The notes below the pieces were generated by a model, which worked only from the letters and a program-made list of their open reading frames with translations, searched no databases and was not told the DNA's origin. Below are positions 1-14,320 of a DNA stretch of 64,000 nucleotides, piece after piece. A program made the position numbers and the translations under genes. Source of the stretch: the human T2T-CHM13v2.0 reference genome, Homo sapiens; the NCBI RefSeq assembly GCF_009914755.1, contig NC_060927.1; one strand, 5' to 3'. Every line of letters begins with the position of its first letter. The stretch's first letter is position 1.

Positions 1-205
1 AATCATACTTTAAGTTCTGGGATACATGTGCAGAATGTGCAGATTTGTTACATAGGTATACATGTGCCATGGTGGTTTGCTGCACTCATCAACCCATCAT
101 CTACATTAGGTATTTGTCCTAATGCTATCCCTCCCCTAGCCCCTCATCCCCCGACAGGGCCCGGTGTGTGTTGTTTCCCTCCCTGTGTCCGTGTGTTCTC
201 ATTGT

Positions 206-3052
206 TCAACTCCCACTTATGAATGAGAACATGCGGTGTTTGGTTTTCTGTTCCTGTGTTAGTTTGCTGAGAATGATCGTTTCCAGCTTCATCCATGTCC
301 CTGTAAAGGACATGAACTCATCTCTTTTTATGGCTGTGTAGTATATGTGCCACATTTTCTTTATCCAGTCTATCATTGATGGGCATTTGGGTTGGTTCCA
401 AGTCTTTGCTATTGTGAATAGTGCTGCAATAAACATACGTGTGCATGTGTCTTTATAGTAGAATAATTTGTAATCCTTTGGGTTATACCCAGTGATGGGA
501 TTGCTGGGTCAAATGGTATTTCTGGTTCTAGATCCTTGAGGAATTGCCACACTGTCCTCCACAATAGTTGAACTAATTTACACTCCTACCAACAGTGTAA
601 AAGCATTCCTGTTTCTCCACATCCTCTCCAGCATCTATTGTTGCCTGACTTTTTAGTGATCGCCATTCTAACTGGCATGAGATGGTATCTCATTGTGGTT
701 TTGATTTGCATTTCTCTAATGACCAGTGATGATGAGCTTTGTATTCTGTCTGTTGGACACATAAATGTCTTCTTTTGAGAAGTGTCTGTTTATATCCTTT
801 GCCCACTTTTTGATGGGGTTATTTTTTTCTTGTAAATTTGTTTAAGTTCCTTGTTGATTCTGGATGTTAGCCCTTTGTCAGATGGATAGATTGTAAAAAT
901 TTTCTCCCATTCTGTAGGTTGCCTGTTCACTCTGATGATAGTTTCTTTTGCTGTGCAGAAGCTCTTTAGTTTAATTAGATCCCATTTGTCAATTTTGCTA
1001 TTGTTGCAATTGCTTTTGGTGTTTTAGTCATGAAGTCTTTACCTATGCCTATGTCCTGAATGGTATCATCTAGGGTTTTTATGGTTTTAGGTCTTATGTT
1101 TAAGTCTTTAATCCATCTTGAGTTAATTTTTGTATAAGATGTAAGGAAGGGGTCCAGTTTCAGTTTTCTGCATATGGCTATCCAGTTTTCCCAACACCAT
1201 TTATTAAATAGGGAATCCTTTCCCCATTGCTTGTTTTTGTAAGGTTTGTCAAAGGTCAGATGGTTGTAGACGTGTGGCATTATTTCTGAGGCCTCTGTTC
1301 TGTTCCATTGGTCTATATATCTGTTTTGGTACCAGTACCATGCTGTTTTGGTTACTGTACCCTTGTAGCATAAATTGAAGTCAGGTAGCGTGATGCCTCT
1401 AGACTTTGTTCTTTTTGCTTAGGATTGTCTTGGCTATACAGGCTCTTTTTTGGTTCCATATGAAATTTAAAGTAGTTTTTTCTAATTCTGTGAAGAAAGT
1501 CAATGGTAGCTTGATGGGGATAGTATTGAATCTATAAATTACTTTGGACAGTATGGCCATTTGCATGATATTGATTCTTTCTATTCATGAGCATGGAATG
1601 TTTTTCCATTTGCTTGTGTCCTCTATTATTTTCTTGAGTAGTGGTTTGTAGTTCTCCTTGAAGAGGTCCTTCACCTCCTCAATTTCAGAACTTGCTATTG
1701 CTCTATTCAGGGATTTGACTTCTTCCTGGTTTAGTGTTGGGAGGGTGTATGTGTCCAGGAATTTATTCATTTCTTCTAGATTTTCTAGTTTATTTGCATA
1801 GAGGTGTTTATAGTATTCTCTGATGGTAGTTTGTATTTTTGTGGGATCAGTTGTGATACCCCCTTTATCATTTTTTATTGTGTCTATCTGATCCTTCTCT
1901 CTTTTCTTCTTTATTAGTCTGGCTAGCAGTCTATCTATTTTGTTAATCTTTAAAAAAAAAAACCAGCTCCAGGATTCATTGATTTTTTGAAGGTTTTTTT
2001 GTGTCTCTATCCCCTTCAGTTCTGCTCTGATCTTAGTTATTTCTTATCTTCTGCTAGCTTTTGAATTTGTTTGCCCTTGCTTCTCTAGTTCTTTTAATTG
2101 TGATGTTAGGGTGTCGATTTTAGATCTTTCCAACTTTCTCCTTTGGGCATTTAGGCTATAAATTTCCCTCTAAACACTGCTTTAGCTGTGTCCCAGAGAT
2201 TCTGGTATATTCTGTCTTTGTTCTCATTGGTTTCAAATAACTTACTCATTTCTGCCTTAATTTCATTATTTACCCAGTAGTCATTCAGGAGCAGGTTGTT
2301 CAGTTTCCATGTAGTTGTGGGGTTTTTAGTGAGTTTCTTAATCCTGAGTTCTAATTTGATTGCACTGTGGTCTGAGAGACTGTTTGTTATGATTTCTCTT
2401 CTTTTGCATTTGCTGAGGAGTGTTTTACTTCCAATTATGTGGTCAATTTTAGAATAAGTGCAATGCGGTGCCGAGAAGAATGTATATTCTGTTGATTTCG
2501 GATGGAAAGTTCTGTAGATGTCTATTAGGTCTGCTTTGTCCAAAGCTGAGTTCAAGTCCTGAATATCCTTGTTAATTTTCTGTGTTATTGATCTGTCTAA
2601 TATTGACAGTGGGGTGTTAAAGTCTCCCACTATTATTGTGTGGGAGTCTAAGTCTCTTTGTAGGTCTCTAAGAACCTGCTTTATGAATCTGGTTGCTCCT
2701 GTATTGGGTGTATATATATTTGGGATAGTTAGCTCTTTTTATTGCGTTGATCCCTTTACCATTATGTAATGCCCTTCTTTGTCTTTTTTGATCTTTGTGG
2801 TTTAAAGTCTGTTTTATCAGAGACTAAGATTGCAACGCCTAATTTTTTTTTCTTTCCATTTGCTTGGTAAATCTTCCTCCACCCTTTAATTTTGAGCCTG
2901 TGTGTCTTTGCATGTGAGATGGGTCTCCTAAATACAGCACACTGATGGGTCTTGACTCTTTATCCCATTTGCTAGTCTGTGTCTTTTAATTGGGGCATTT
3001 AGCCCTTATTATTTAAGGTTAATATTGTTATGTGTGAATTTGATCCTGTCGT
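206..3052 (-). pseudogene. Disrupted L1 ORF2 (endonuclease and C-terminal part present, RT core deleted, start ATG changed to ACG)
   Basis: Endonuclease motifs [21 protein letters not shown] and SDH at 2151-2630. C-terminal peptides [13 protein letters not shown] and MFIAALFTIAKTWNQPKCP. Multiple stops and frameshifts. Confidence 0.9.
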
Positions 3053-3115
3053 TATGATGCTAGCTGGTTATTTTGCCTGTTGGTTTATGCAGCTACTTCA
3101 TAGTGTCGATGGTCT

Positions 3116-4142
3116 TTACAATTTGGTATGTTTTTGCAGTGGCTGGTACCAGTTTTTTTTTTTTTTTTCCATATTTAGTGCTTCTTTCAGGAGCTCTTGT
3201 AAAACAGGCCTGGTGGTGACAAAATCTCTCAGCAGTTGCTTGTCTGTAAAGGATTTTATTTCTCCTTTGCTTATGAAGCTTAGTTTGGCTGGATATGAAA
3301 TTCTGGGTTGAAAATTCTTTTCTTTAAAAATGTTGAATATTGGCCCCCACTCTCTTCTGGCTTTTAGGGTTTCTGCAGAGAGATCCACTGTTAGTCTGAT
3401 GGGCTTCCCTTTGTGTGTAACCCGACCTTTATCTCTGGCTGCCCTTATAATTTTTTCTTTCATTTCAACCTTGGTGAATCTGATGATTATGTGTCTTGGG
3501 GTTGCTCTTCTCGAGGAGTATCTTTGTGGTGTTCTCTGTGTTTCCTGAATTTGAATGTTGACCTGTCTTGCTAGGTTGGGGAAGTTCTCCTGGATAATAT
3601 CCTGAAGAGTGTTTTCCAACTTGGTTCCATTCTCCCTGTCACTTTCAGGTACACCAATCAATCAGGTTTGTTTTCTTCACATAGTCCCATATTTTTTGAA
3701 GGCTTTATTCGTTCGTTTTCATTCTTTTTTCTTTAATCTTGTCTTCACGTTTTATTTCATTAAGATGATTTTCAATCTCTGATATCCTTTCTTCTGCTTG
3801 ATCGATTCAGCTATTGATACTTGCATATGCTGACGAAGTTCTCATGCTGTGTTTTTCAGCTCCATCAGGTCATTATGTTCTTCTCTAAACTGGTTATTCT
3901 AGTTAGCCATTCCTCTAACCTTTTTTCAAGGTTCTTAGCTTCCTTGCATTGGGTTAGAACATGCTCCTTTAGCTCGGAGTAGTTTGTTATTACCCACCTT
4001 CTCAAGCCTACTTCTGTCAATTTGTCAAACTCCTTCTCCCTCCAGTTTTGATTCCTTGCTGGAGAGGAGCTGTGATCCTTTGGAGGAGAAGAGGCATTCT
4101 GGTTTTTGGAATTTTCAGCCTTTTGCACTGGTTTTTCTTCAT
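3116..4142 (-). pseudogene. Frameshifted L1 ORF1
   Basis: Peptides ENSKNQNASSPPKD (3865-4128) and IGVPE..ENFPNLARQ..RATPRHII..ARREWGPIF..YPAKLSF (3116-3661). Confidence 0.9.
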
Positions 4143-7100
4143 CTTCATGAATTTATCTACCTTTGGTCTTCAATGTTCGTGACCTTTGGATGGGGTTTTT
4201 GTGTGGACGTCCTTTTTGTTGATGTTGATGCTATTCCTTTCTGTTTGTTAGTTTTCCTTTTAACAGTCCGGCCCTTCTGCTACATGTCTGCAGAAGTTTG
4301 CTGGAGGTCCACTCCAGACCCTGTTTGCCTGGGTATCACCAGTGGAGGCTGCAGAACAGTAAAGATTGCTGCCTGTTCCTTCCTCTGGAAGCTGTGTCTC
4401 AGAGGGGCACCTGCCAAATGCCAGCGGGAGCCCTCCTGTATGAGGTGTCTGTTGACCCCTGCTGGGAGGTTTCTCCCAGTCAGGAGGCACAGGGGTCAGG
4501 GACCCACTTGAGGAGGCAGTCTGTCCCTTAGCAGAGCTCGAGCACTGTGCTGGCAGATCCGCTGCTCTCTTCAGAGCTGGCAGGCAGGAACGTTTAAGTC
4601 TGCTGAAGCTGTGCCCACAGCCACCCCTTCCCCCAGGTGCTCTGTCCCAGGGAGATGGGAGTTTTATCTATAAGCCCCTGACTGGGGCTGCTGCCTTTCT
4701 TTCAGAGATGCCATGCCTGGAGAGGAGGAATCTAGACAGGAAGTCTGGCTACAGCAGCTTTGCTGAGCTGCGGTGGGCTCCGTCCAGTTTGAACTTCCCC
4801 TTTGTTTACACTGTGAGGGGAAAACTGCCTACTCAAGTCTCAATAATGGCAGATGCCCTTCCCCCCACCAAGCTCGAGCATCCCAGGTCGACTTCAGACT
4901 GCTGTGCTGGCAGCGAGAATTTCAAACCAGTGGATCTTAGCTTGCTGGCCTCCATGGGGGTAGGATCCACTGAGTAGACCACTTGGCTCCCTGGCTTCAT
5001 CCCCCTTTCCAGGGGAGTGAATGGTTATGTCTCACTGGCATTCTGAGCACCACTGGGGTATGGATAAAAAAACTGCATCTAGCTCAGTGTCTGCCCAAAT
5101 GGCCGCCCAGTTTTTTGCTTGAAACCCAGGGCCCTGGTGGCATGGGCATCCAAGGGAATCTCCTGGTTTGCAGGTTTTGAAGACCATGGGAAAAGCGTAG
5201 TATCTGGGCCGGAATGCACTGTTCCTCACGGCACGGTCCCTCACGGCTTCCCCTTGGCTAGGGGAGGGAGTTCCCTGATCCCTTGTGCTTCCCGGGTGAG
5301 GTGACACCCTACCCTGCTTCAGCTCACCCTCTGTGGGCTGCATCCACTGTGTAACCAGTCCTAATGAGATAAGCCGGGTACCTCAGTTGGAAATGCAGAA
5401 ATCACCCGCCTTCTGTGTTGATCTTGCTGGGAGCTGCAGACTGGAGCTGTTCCTACTCAGCCGTCTTGCCCAGGTTCCCCCCATTCTCCCAATTTTAAGG
5501 TGAGCTGATCAGCAACCTTAATTTTACCTGCAATCTTAATTCTCCTTTGCCATGTAACCTATTCATAATATTTGAAGTGGGAAAATCACTTCAAATGTTT
5601 TAAGAATTATGAAAATAATACTTGTTTATGGTAAAATATTCAGAACAGTGCAGAGCTATATGAAATATCTATTTAAATGCTCATCTTTACTCACTCTTGA
5701 AGATGAACCACTATTCATAATTTCTAAGTATTTTTCTAGAATTTTCTATGCATTCACAAGCATATATATGTCCTTCTCTCTGGTTCTTTGTCTTTCCCTT
5801 TCTGTTTTTCTCTGTTTCTCTCTCCCTTTTTCCTTGCTAGCCAAGCAGCCATACATCAGCTGGCATGAATTTTACTCTCTGCCATGGGTATAAGAAATAT
5901 CATATTTCTTTATATTTCTAAATCAGGTTAAATTTCACTCCAACCCTCCACTTGTCAGCGTGGTGAGAACTTCAGTATCTACCATAATTTAACTTCAGTG
6001 CCAACCATAAATTCCGGAGTTTCTCTCATCCTTCTTAAGGCTGCCAAAAAATGGGGGTGTGGGGGCTTAGTGATGTTATGGAAATAGGATCGGATGTCTC
6101 CTTTTCTTTCCACATAGTCACGCATTTTAAAATAGTATCCTGGGAATGGTTCTGATGAAAACAATGTAAATAAACAAACCCACATAGAGACGAAAGACTG
6201 CAAGAGATGCAGCAAACTGCCAAATGGCTGTTTCCTGGAGGAGGTGTTTTGGCGATTTTAACTTTCTCCTTGATACTACTCTCTCTGTTCTACAGGTAAC
6301 AGATGTAACTTTGGAATCATCATAATAAAGTTCAGGATAAGTACTCTATGTGGCTTCTCCACCTGCCTTTCCTTTCGGCTGAGTGTTTGCCCAACTTCCC
6401 AGGGGCAAACCCTCCTCGGGCATGGGCACAGGTTTAACAACGCTGGGAAATCCTCAGGATGTGAACCAGAGGCAGCTCCTACTGTGTCATCACTGCCTTC
6501 CTAGGTTTAAGGAAGTGTCTGGGTGGGGCAGGGATTTAGAGATCCTGGAAGGAAGCCTTTATGGACACCTCATAGCTTTTTTTATTGGGGTTTACAGCTG
6601 TTGTCCTTTTATTCAAAGAGGGAGTACTCACCCTCCCTGGCTTCCAGGCAGCTGGGCTGGCTGGAATTTGCCCTCTTGTCCTGGCTTCTCCAGTGACTTA
6701 GGGGAGGCAGAGGCCCCACTGAGGTAGGTGACCTGGAATTTCCCTCCTAGGAGCCAGGCTCTGAGTGGGTGGGCCAGCCAGGCATGTGGGCTGGTGGGTC
6801 TTCTCCCAGGGGCAGCCTGAGGGTGGGAGCAGCTCAGAGAACGCAGACATTGAGCACATCTGGGGACCAAAAGGACCCCTGGGAATTTCCTTTTGCAGGT
6901 TGTGCACAGGCAGCTTTGGAGTGGGGCAGGGAAGGCCGCTGCTCTGGTATAACCAAGCCTTATGGCATTCCTCGGTCCAGCTGTTCATCGACAAATGCTT
7001 AATGAATACCTTCTCTGGGCCAGAAAGCAGGCTGGGGTCTGTGGATATGAGGAAAAGCAAGAGGAGACCCACTTCCTGGTACAATCTGGGGTGGACACCA

Positions 7101-8129
7101 TCAGAGGGATGCTGCCATTTGTTTCCTTTTGCCTGTCTTGCTTTTTTTTTTGGCTTTGTCTCCCATGCCTAAAATATAGTAGGAGCTCAATAAAAATGTG
7201 TGAAAAGAATGAAAAATGTGTTTCCTGCTAGTTGGAGTAATCAGTCCATCCCTAAAGAAATCTGAAAATCAAATGAAATGAAAGGATTTTATTTCTGATT
7301 CTCATAGATCATCGTCATCATTATCATCTCATCTTCATTGTCATCTCCATCATGATCATAGCTATGGGTGAGGCTCTTTTTTTCTTCATGCTTCCCTGTC
7401 ATGCTCACATTTCATCATCACTAAGATGCCTGGGAGGAAGCCGGCCTCACCCATCACTTTAGCATGCATGTGGTCTGGTTGCCTGTGTTCAAATCCCGGC
7501 TCCTACACTGAGCAGCAGTGTGAGCTTGCTTGGGCAAGTCATTTTGTTTTTCTGAGCCCCGATGTCCTCTGTAAAATGAGGCTGTTAAGAGAGATGCCCC
7601 ATCGGGTTGTTGTGAGGATGAAATGAGAAGATGCAGATCCAGTGTGCAGCAGGAAGCCTGGCTCAGCAGGGACTGCTTCCGCCCTTTTAGCCGCTGTCTT
7701 TCCCTGTGCTCTCCTTGACTTCACTGCCCTCCTCCTTTGCAAGAGGTCCTGACGCTGCGGGAGGGCTTGCTGCCTCAGGGGTGGGGCCCACATCTCTAGG
7801 GCTGTGGAGGGTGCTGGAACCAGGACTCAGACATGGAGCAGCAAAGGGAACACTGTGACTGATACTGTTCTCCAAATGCCTCCTTCCTCATTCAAATCCA
7901 AGGAGGCCCAGCGTGGGGCTGGGTGACCAGACCAGGGACAGGGTGATGTCGAGGACCAGTGTCTCACCACATCCTCCTAACATCATTGAGAGCAGAACCC
8001 AGGTCAGAAATCACCCCATTCAGACCCTTTCAGTGTGAGCGAGAAACCATGCCCCTCCACTCCTGCAGGACTTTGTGGGTACCCTGAGGCTTGCTCTTGA
8101 CTCACTGATTGTCCTCTACCTGTCTCCAC

Positions 8130-9421
<1,292 letters not shown>

Positions 9422-9856
9422 AGGCTCTCCGCAATCTGACTGATTCCTCCAGCTGGGCAGGTCTTTATCCTTCTCTGGTCACATGCTTAGCGCAGTGTCT
9501 GCCACTCTGGCAGCCTTCCATAAATATGTGCTAACGAAGGAATGACTTGCATTATCTGTGTGCCATCTGTCCTTGTCTGTAAGCTCCTTGAAAGAAGGAC
9601 CAGGTTACAGTCATCTTTGAATTCTCAGGACACCCAGGGCTTGGCACATAGTAGGTATTCAATAAATTGATGAATGACCAAGTTTACACCCTAGGGAGTA
9701 TCTGAAATGCTTTGTCTGGGAGCAGAAATGAACCACAAGTGCCACAAGAAGGATGTTACAAAGGGTGGGAAATGATGAATCAAAGAGTGGGCAAGTAATG
9801 CGTCTCTGGTTGCTATTTCTGTCCCACTCTTCCCTGGGATCAGCTCATGTCACTGC

Positions 9857-10560
9857 CTGCATTAGTTATCTATTGCTGCCTAACAAATCACCACACTCTT
9901 AATGGTTTAAAACAACACATACTTATTCTCTCACAGCTTCTGTGGGCCAGGAGTCCAGGTGCATCTTAAACAGGCCTTCTGCTTGGTGCCTCACAAGGCT
10001 GTGATCAAGGCATTCATTTGGTAGCATTCTCATCTGGAAACTTGACTGGGGAATAATTCACTTTCAAGTTTATTTGTGTTGTGGTGTGACTGAGGCTGTC
10101 ACGCATTCCTGTGGTTGTGTGACTGAGGCCCTCAGATGTCTGCTGGCTGTTGGCTGGAGGCCGCCCCCAGGTCCTGGAGGCTGTGGCCCTAGTTCCTTGC
10201 CATGGAGACTTCCTCAGCAGGGCTTCTTACTTCATCAGGCCAGCAAGAACAATCTCTCAGGGAGGGCGTAGTCTCTCTTCTAAGATTCACTAGATTCACT
10301 GGATTCACTAGATTAAGTAGATTAAGTAATTATGATTCACTAGATTAAGTCAGGCCCACTGAGGATAATCTCTCTGTTGAGGAACTCCACATAAACTGAT
10401 ATGGGCCATTAAATCAGCAAAATCCCTTCATGTTTGTTATATTCTATTGGCTAGAAGCAAGTCACAGTTTCCACCCACACTCAGGGGAAGGGATTATACT
10501 GGATGTGAACACCAAGTGGCGGAGATCCCTGGAGATCACCTGAGGGTCTTCTGGCCACAC
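9857..10560 (-). mobile_element. MaLR LTR (MLT1E-like)
   Basis: tgcattagttatctattgctgcctaacaaatcaccac ... ctattggctagaagcaagtcacag ... ctggccaca. Confidence 0.7.
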
Positions 10561-11423
10561 TGCTTTGTATCTCTGTCCCCACCCTAACACAGAGTATATG
10601 TAGCTTTAGCCCTTGAGTAGAGTCAGCCAGTGACACTGGTGTTCCCTCACTTCAGGACATTTTGCCTTCCCCTTGTTGAGTGGTTGATCTCTATAATTTT
10701 GATATTTATCTCATGCTGATGTTGGATGTGTGGGAGGAGCCGAGTGGTTCTCTTAGTGCCAAGATGTCTGGTAAACCCAAGTCCTTTTGTACTTATGGAG
10801 CAGGTGCTGAGTGTCCTAAGACATCAAGAGGCCTCAGAGAAAAAGAAGAAATTGCCAAAACAAACATCCCAGGCTTAGAAAAAATTAAAGTCAGAGTGGT
10901 AGGTAGACTCCTCCCCTTGTTTTCACCTGGAGTGCCATGGTGATGAGAGGGGGTTTTGGAATGATGCAATACAATGGAAAAGTGGGCTCAATGACTTGAA
11001 TGGATCTTTGAAATGCACTGCAATATCAGGAAGGCAGGGGATGTCCATCATCTTATTTCCATGGGGGGCATCGGGAAGGCCTCCTGGTATCAGTGAAATT
11101 GTCCATACTGTGAGTTCAATTTGTTTGCATTTTTTTAATAGCAAAACCCTCCAACCTTAAGGAAGTCCAAATCTGAAAAGCGGGGTCCTGGTATCACTCA
11201 CAACTACAAAATTGGGGAGTTTGCCGCTTCATCCATTTCCACAGCGAATACTTCTTGATCCACAACTATGTGCCAGGCCCCATGGGAGGTATCAGCAATA
11301 GAATAGAAAACAAACTGACCTCCTGGGATTCCCAGTCCAGGAGGAAGCCAACAAAGGACTTATGCAACAAAAGTATTACCCAGTGTGAAAAGAGCTTTGA
11401 CTAAGACAAAGTTAAAAAAGAAG

Positions 11424-11700
11424 AATCCCAGCACTTTGGGAGGCCAAGGCGGGTGGGTCACCTGAGGTTGGGAGTTCAAGACCAGCCTGACCAACATGGA
11501 GACACTCCGTCTGTATTAAAAATACAAAAAATTAGCTGGGCATGGTGGCATGCGCCTGTAATCCCAGCTACTCAGGAGGCTGAGGTAGGAGAATCCCTGG
11601 AACCCAGGAGGCGGAGGTTGGGTTGAGCCGAGATTGCACCACTACACTCCAGCCTGGGCAACAAGAGCAAACTCCGTCTCAAACAAAAAGAAGAAAAAAT
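11424..11700 (+). mobile_element. 5'-truncated AluSp/Sq within an L2 relic
   Basis: Starts at aatcccagcactttggg; contains gaggttgggagttc and ctgaccaacatggag; A-rich tail. Flanks are L2-like (tgaagttgagacctgaacgatgag). Confidence 0.85.
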
Positions 11701-13224
11701 AATATAGGGGGTGTTACTTTAGATGGCATAACCTGGGGAAGTGTTTAAGAGAAGAGACATTGAAGTTGAGACCTGAACGATGAGAAGACACCAGCCATTC
11801 TAGGAGGAGGGACTCTAGGAGTATGCAAGTCCCAGAGCAGGAGAGTGCTTGGTGTGGTTGGGGCCCCACGAGTGAGGGGAGCAGGACCACATAATGTCGA
11901 TATATTTGGAACATAAGATGGAGAGCATGTGATGGATTGGAATTGGAAGATGAGAGGAAGGTGAGTATCATGAATGACTCTTAGATTTTCACTTGAGAAA
12001 TGAGTGGAGCCAGGGACTGAGACCCCGCACATTCCCCCACAACCTTCCTTTGGTGGGAACCCTTGGCACACTGGTATAGCATAATTCACTGGTACACGGG
12101 CTCCCCGCTTCTTCCACGAAAAGCCCTGGTTCACAGTGTTTGTTGATTCTGTGCTGTAAATACTATCTCACCACAGCCAGCTTCAAACCGTAAGCCCGTT
12201 CTCAAGAATCCTGAAGAGGTAGCAATCAGGTCTTGTGAGCCGGCAGCAGTCAGCCCCAGCAAAACAAACCAACACAGGGTCTCAGCATGTCCTCTCTTGG
12301 GAACGATTCACCAGGCGGTGGCTTTGAGGTCCCAGAAAACTCCCTGTCTTCCTTGTCACCTCTCTGCCTCTGTTTCTTCCTGTTTTCCTGCAGTCACCTC
12401 AGGTGGCAGCCGCAATGAAAAACGTACCATCTCACTGCTGACTGCTCTCAGGGAGCTGTTGCCTAGGTTTAACGACAATTGTCTAATTACTTCTTAGGAG
12501 CCCATTCCAGAAAATGCTGATAGATAAACTAGTGCAATTAACTGGTCTTTGTAAAGCATTTAGCAAAAGTCAGCCTGTCATAGAAGCCTTAATCTAGAGA
12601 GCACGTCTAGGGGAACCTGTCGTAAATGAAAAGAAGTGGGGGGGAATTGCCTCCCAGGACTAAGCAGAGAGTCTGCACCACCCAACCCAGTGCACGTGAA
12701 TTCCCTTGAACAATGCTCCTTTAGACCCTCGGCCTCAATGTGTTCCATGTTAGACTCATCCGCATTTCTCTCAAAACAGTTTCTGTTAGGATTTTCCCAT
12801 TCCCATGGAGGACACTGTCATTAACCCGGGCTCTCAAGCTCACAACCTGGAGGCAAATGTGACCGAGCCCTCTCTTTTGTCCTCTGCATTCCAATCAGTA
12901 GATTTGAGTAGATTCCAAGTTGTGGCATTTCTCACACCTGCTTCTTTATAGTTGTCCTCATCATCATTCTCAGGTCTTGGAGTCTCCAGCATCTGTCACC
13001 TGGTCTATCTCCCCATCTAACCATTCTCTGAGACAGAGAAGCCCAGACTCCCTTCCTGGCCTGCAGGGCCGTGGCAGGCATTATCTCTTCTGGCATCATC
13101 TCACGCCACTGGCCACTGATGCTCTTGCTCCAGCCAGGAGAGATATCCCCCTCCTCCAAGGTGCTGTGTTCTCTTTCGCTTTTGTATTTTTGTGTTTTCC
13201 TGCCAGAAACATGCTTTCCTATTG

Positions 13225-13550
13225 GATCAGTTAGGATCAGGTAGGTTATCTGGTGGTAACAAATTAACACCCAAATCTCAGTGACTTAACAAGGATGGTT
13301 TGTATCTCACTCTTGTGAGGTGCAATGTAGGTCGAGTGGTCCTTCTTCAGGTGGCTACTTCTTCAGCCAAGGTCACTGCGGCAAAGGAAGAAAGGATGGA
13401 GGAGGCACCTGGAACTTAATGGGATCAGCCCGGGAGTGGCTCCTGTCTATTGGCCAGAATTGGTCACATGGCCCTATGCTAACTGCAGGGCAGGCTGGGT
13501 AATGTAGAGGAGCATGTGGAATGCTGAGTGGGCACTGCTGCTTGGTGCCA
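13225..13550 (-). mobile_element. Old MaLR LTR (MLT1J/K-like)
   Basis: ccaaatctcagtgacttaac ... ctattggccagaattggtcacatggccc ... gggtaatgtag. Confidence 0.55.
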
Positions 13551-14147
13551 CATAGTTCTCTTCTTCTGACCCATTCTTTAGGTCTCTGTGAGAACTCACT
13601 TCCTCCAGGAAGTCCTCCCAGCCCCCAGCACTGGGTTCAAATTTCCTCCTATGTGCGTTCTATGCACACCCTCACCCTGAATGATCGGGCTGGCTGCTGG
13701 TCCTCTGCTCGTCCCGGGGCTTTGTGAAAGCAGGGACTGGGTCTGTCTCCTGCTCGGGGCTGCCTCCCCTCAGTACTCAGCATGGTGCCTGCCATACCGC
13801 ATGGCCCAGTGAACCCTCCTTGAGTGGATGGCCATTCCCTACCCAGCCTTCAGAGCTCTCTAGAATCTGGACCAGTTCCACTGCTTCTCCCCGCTCCTCT
13901 GCATCCAGTTGCTCTGGATTTTAAGCATTTTATGTATAGTACGATGGGAAGTTTTTGGACTTTTGGTGGGGCAGCTCTAAATCTGATTGCCAGTTTCAGT
14001 GTTTACTTGTTACAGGGCCCTAGGCAGTTTACTTCATTGCATTGTGCCTCAGTTTCCTCATCTGTCAAATGGATTCCAATAGACCTGTTTAATTGTGCAG
14101 GTTCAATAAAAATGCTCTTAAAATGCATTATTATAGAACATGGCAAA

Positions 14148-14320
14148 TATCATACTTCACTGATTCCCAAGTGCATTTTCTTTTTTTCACCTTTTAACAT
14201 ATCTGAAATTGGGATTCATCTTACCATAACTATTAAAAGAGCACTTTGTCATTGTTCAATTAGCAGTTTTTATTTTTTCTCAGTGGGACATAATTGTGTG
14301 TCTTATATTCCATGACATAT
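14148..14320. mobile_element. MER104-like TcMar fossil
   Basis: ttttttcaccttttaacatatctgaaattgggattcatcttac resembles MER104. Confidence 0.5.

Larger units (their letters stand above)
1..5480 (-). mobile_element. LINE-1, near full length (L1PA7/L1PA8-like), ~0.95-kb internal deletion in ORF2; inactive
   Basis: The window opens on the L1 3' UTR (tactttaagttctgg). ORF2 and ORF1 peptides are recognisable in the ORF track. The 5' UTR ends at gttcctactcagccgtcttgcc (~5470). Subfamily inferred from the 5' UTR/3' UTR style. Confidence 0.95.

Noticed and set aside
3984-4511. 175-aa plus-strand ORF
   Set aside because: Antisense reading of the L1 ORF1/5' UTR; I cannot support it as ORF0 or as a gene.
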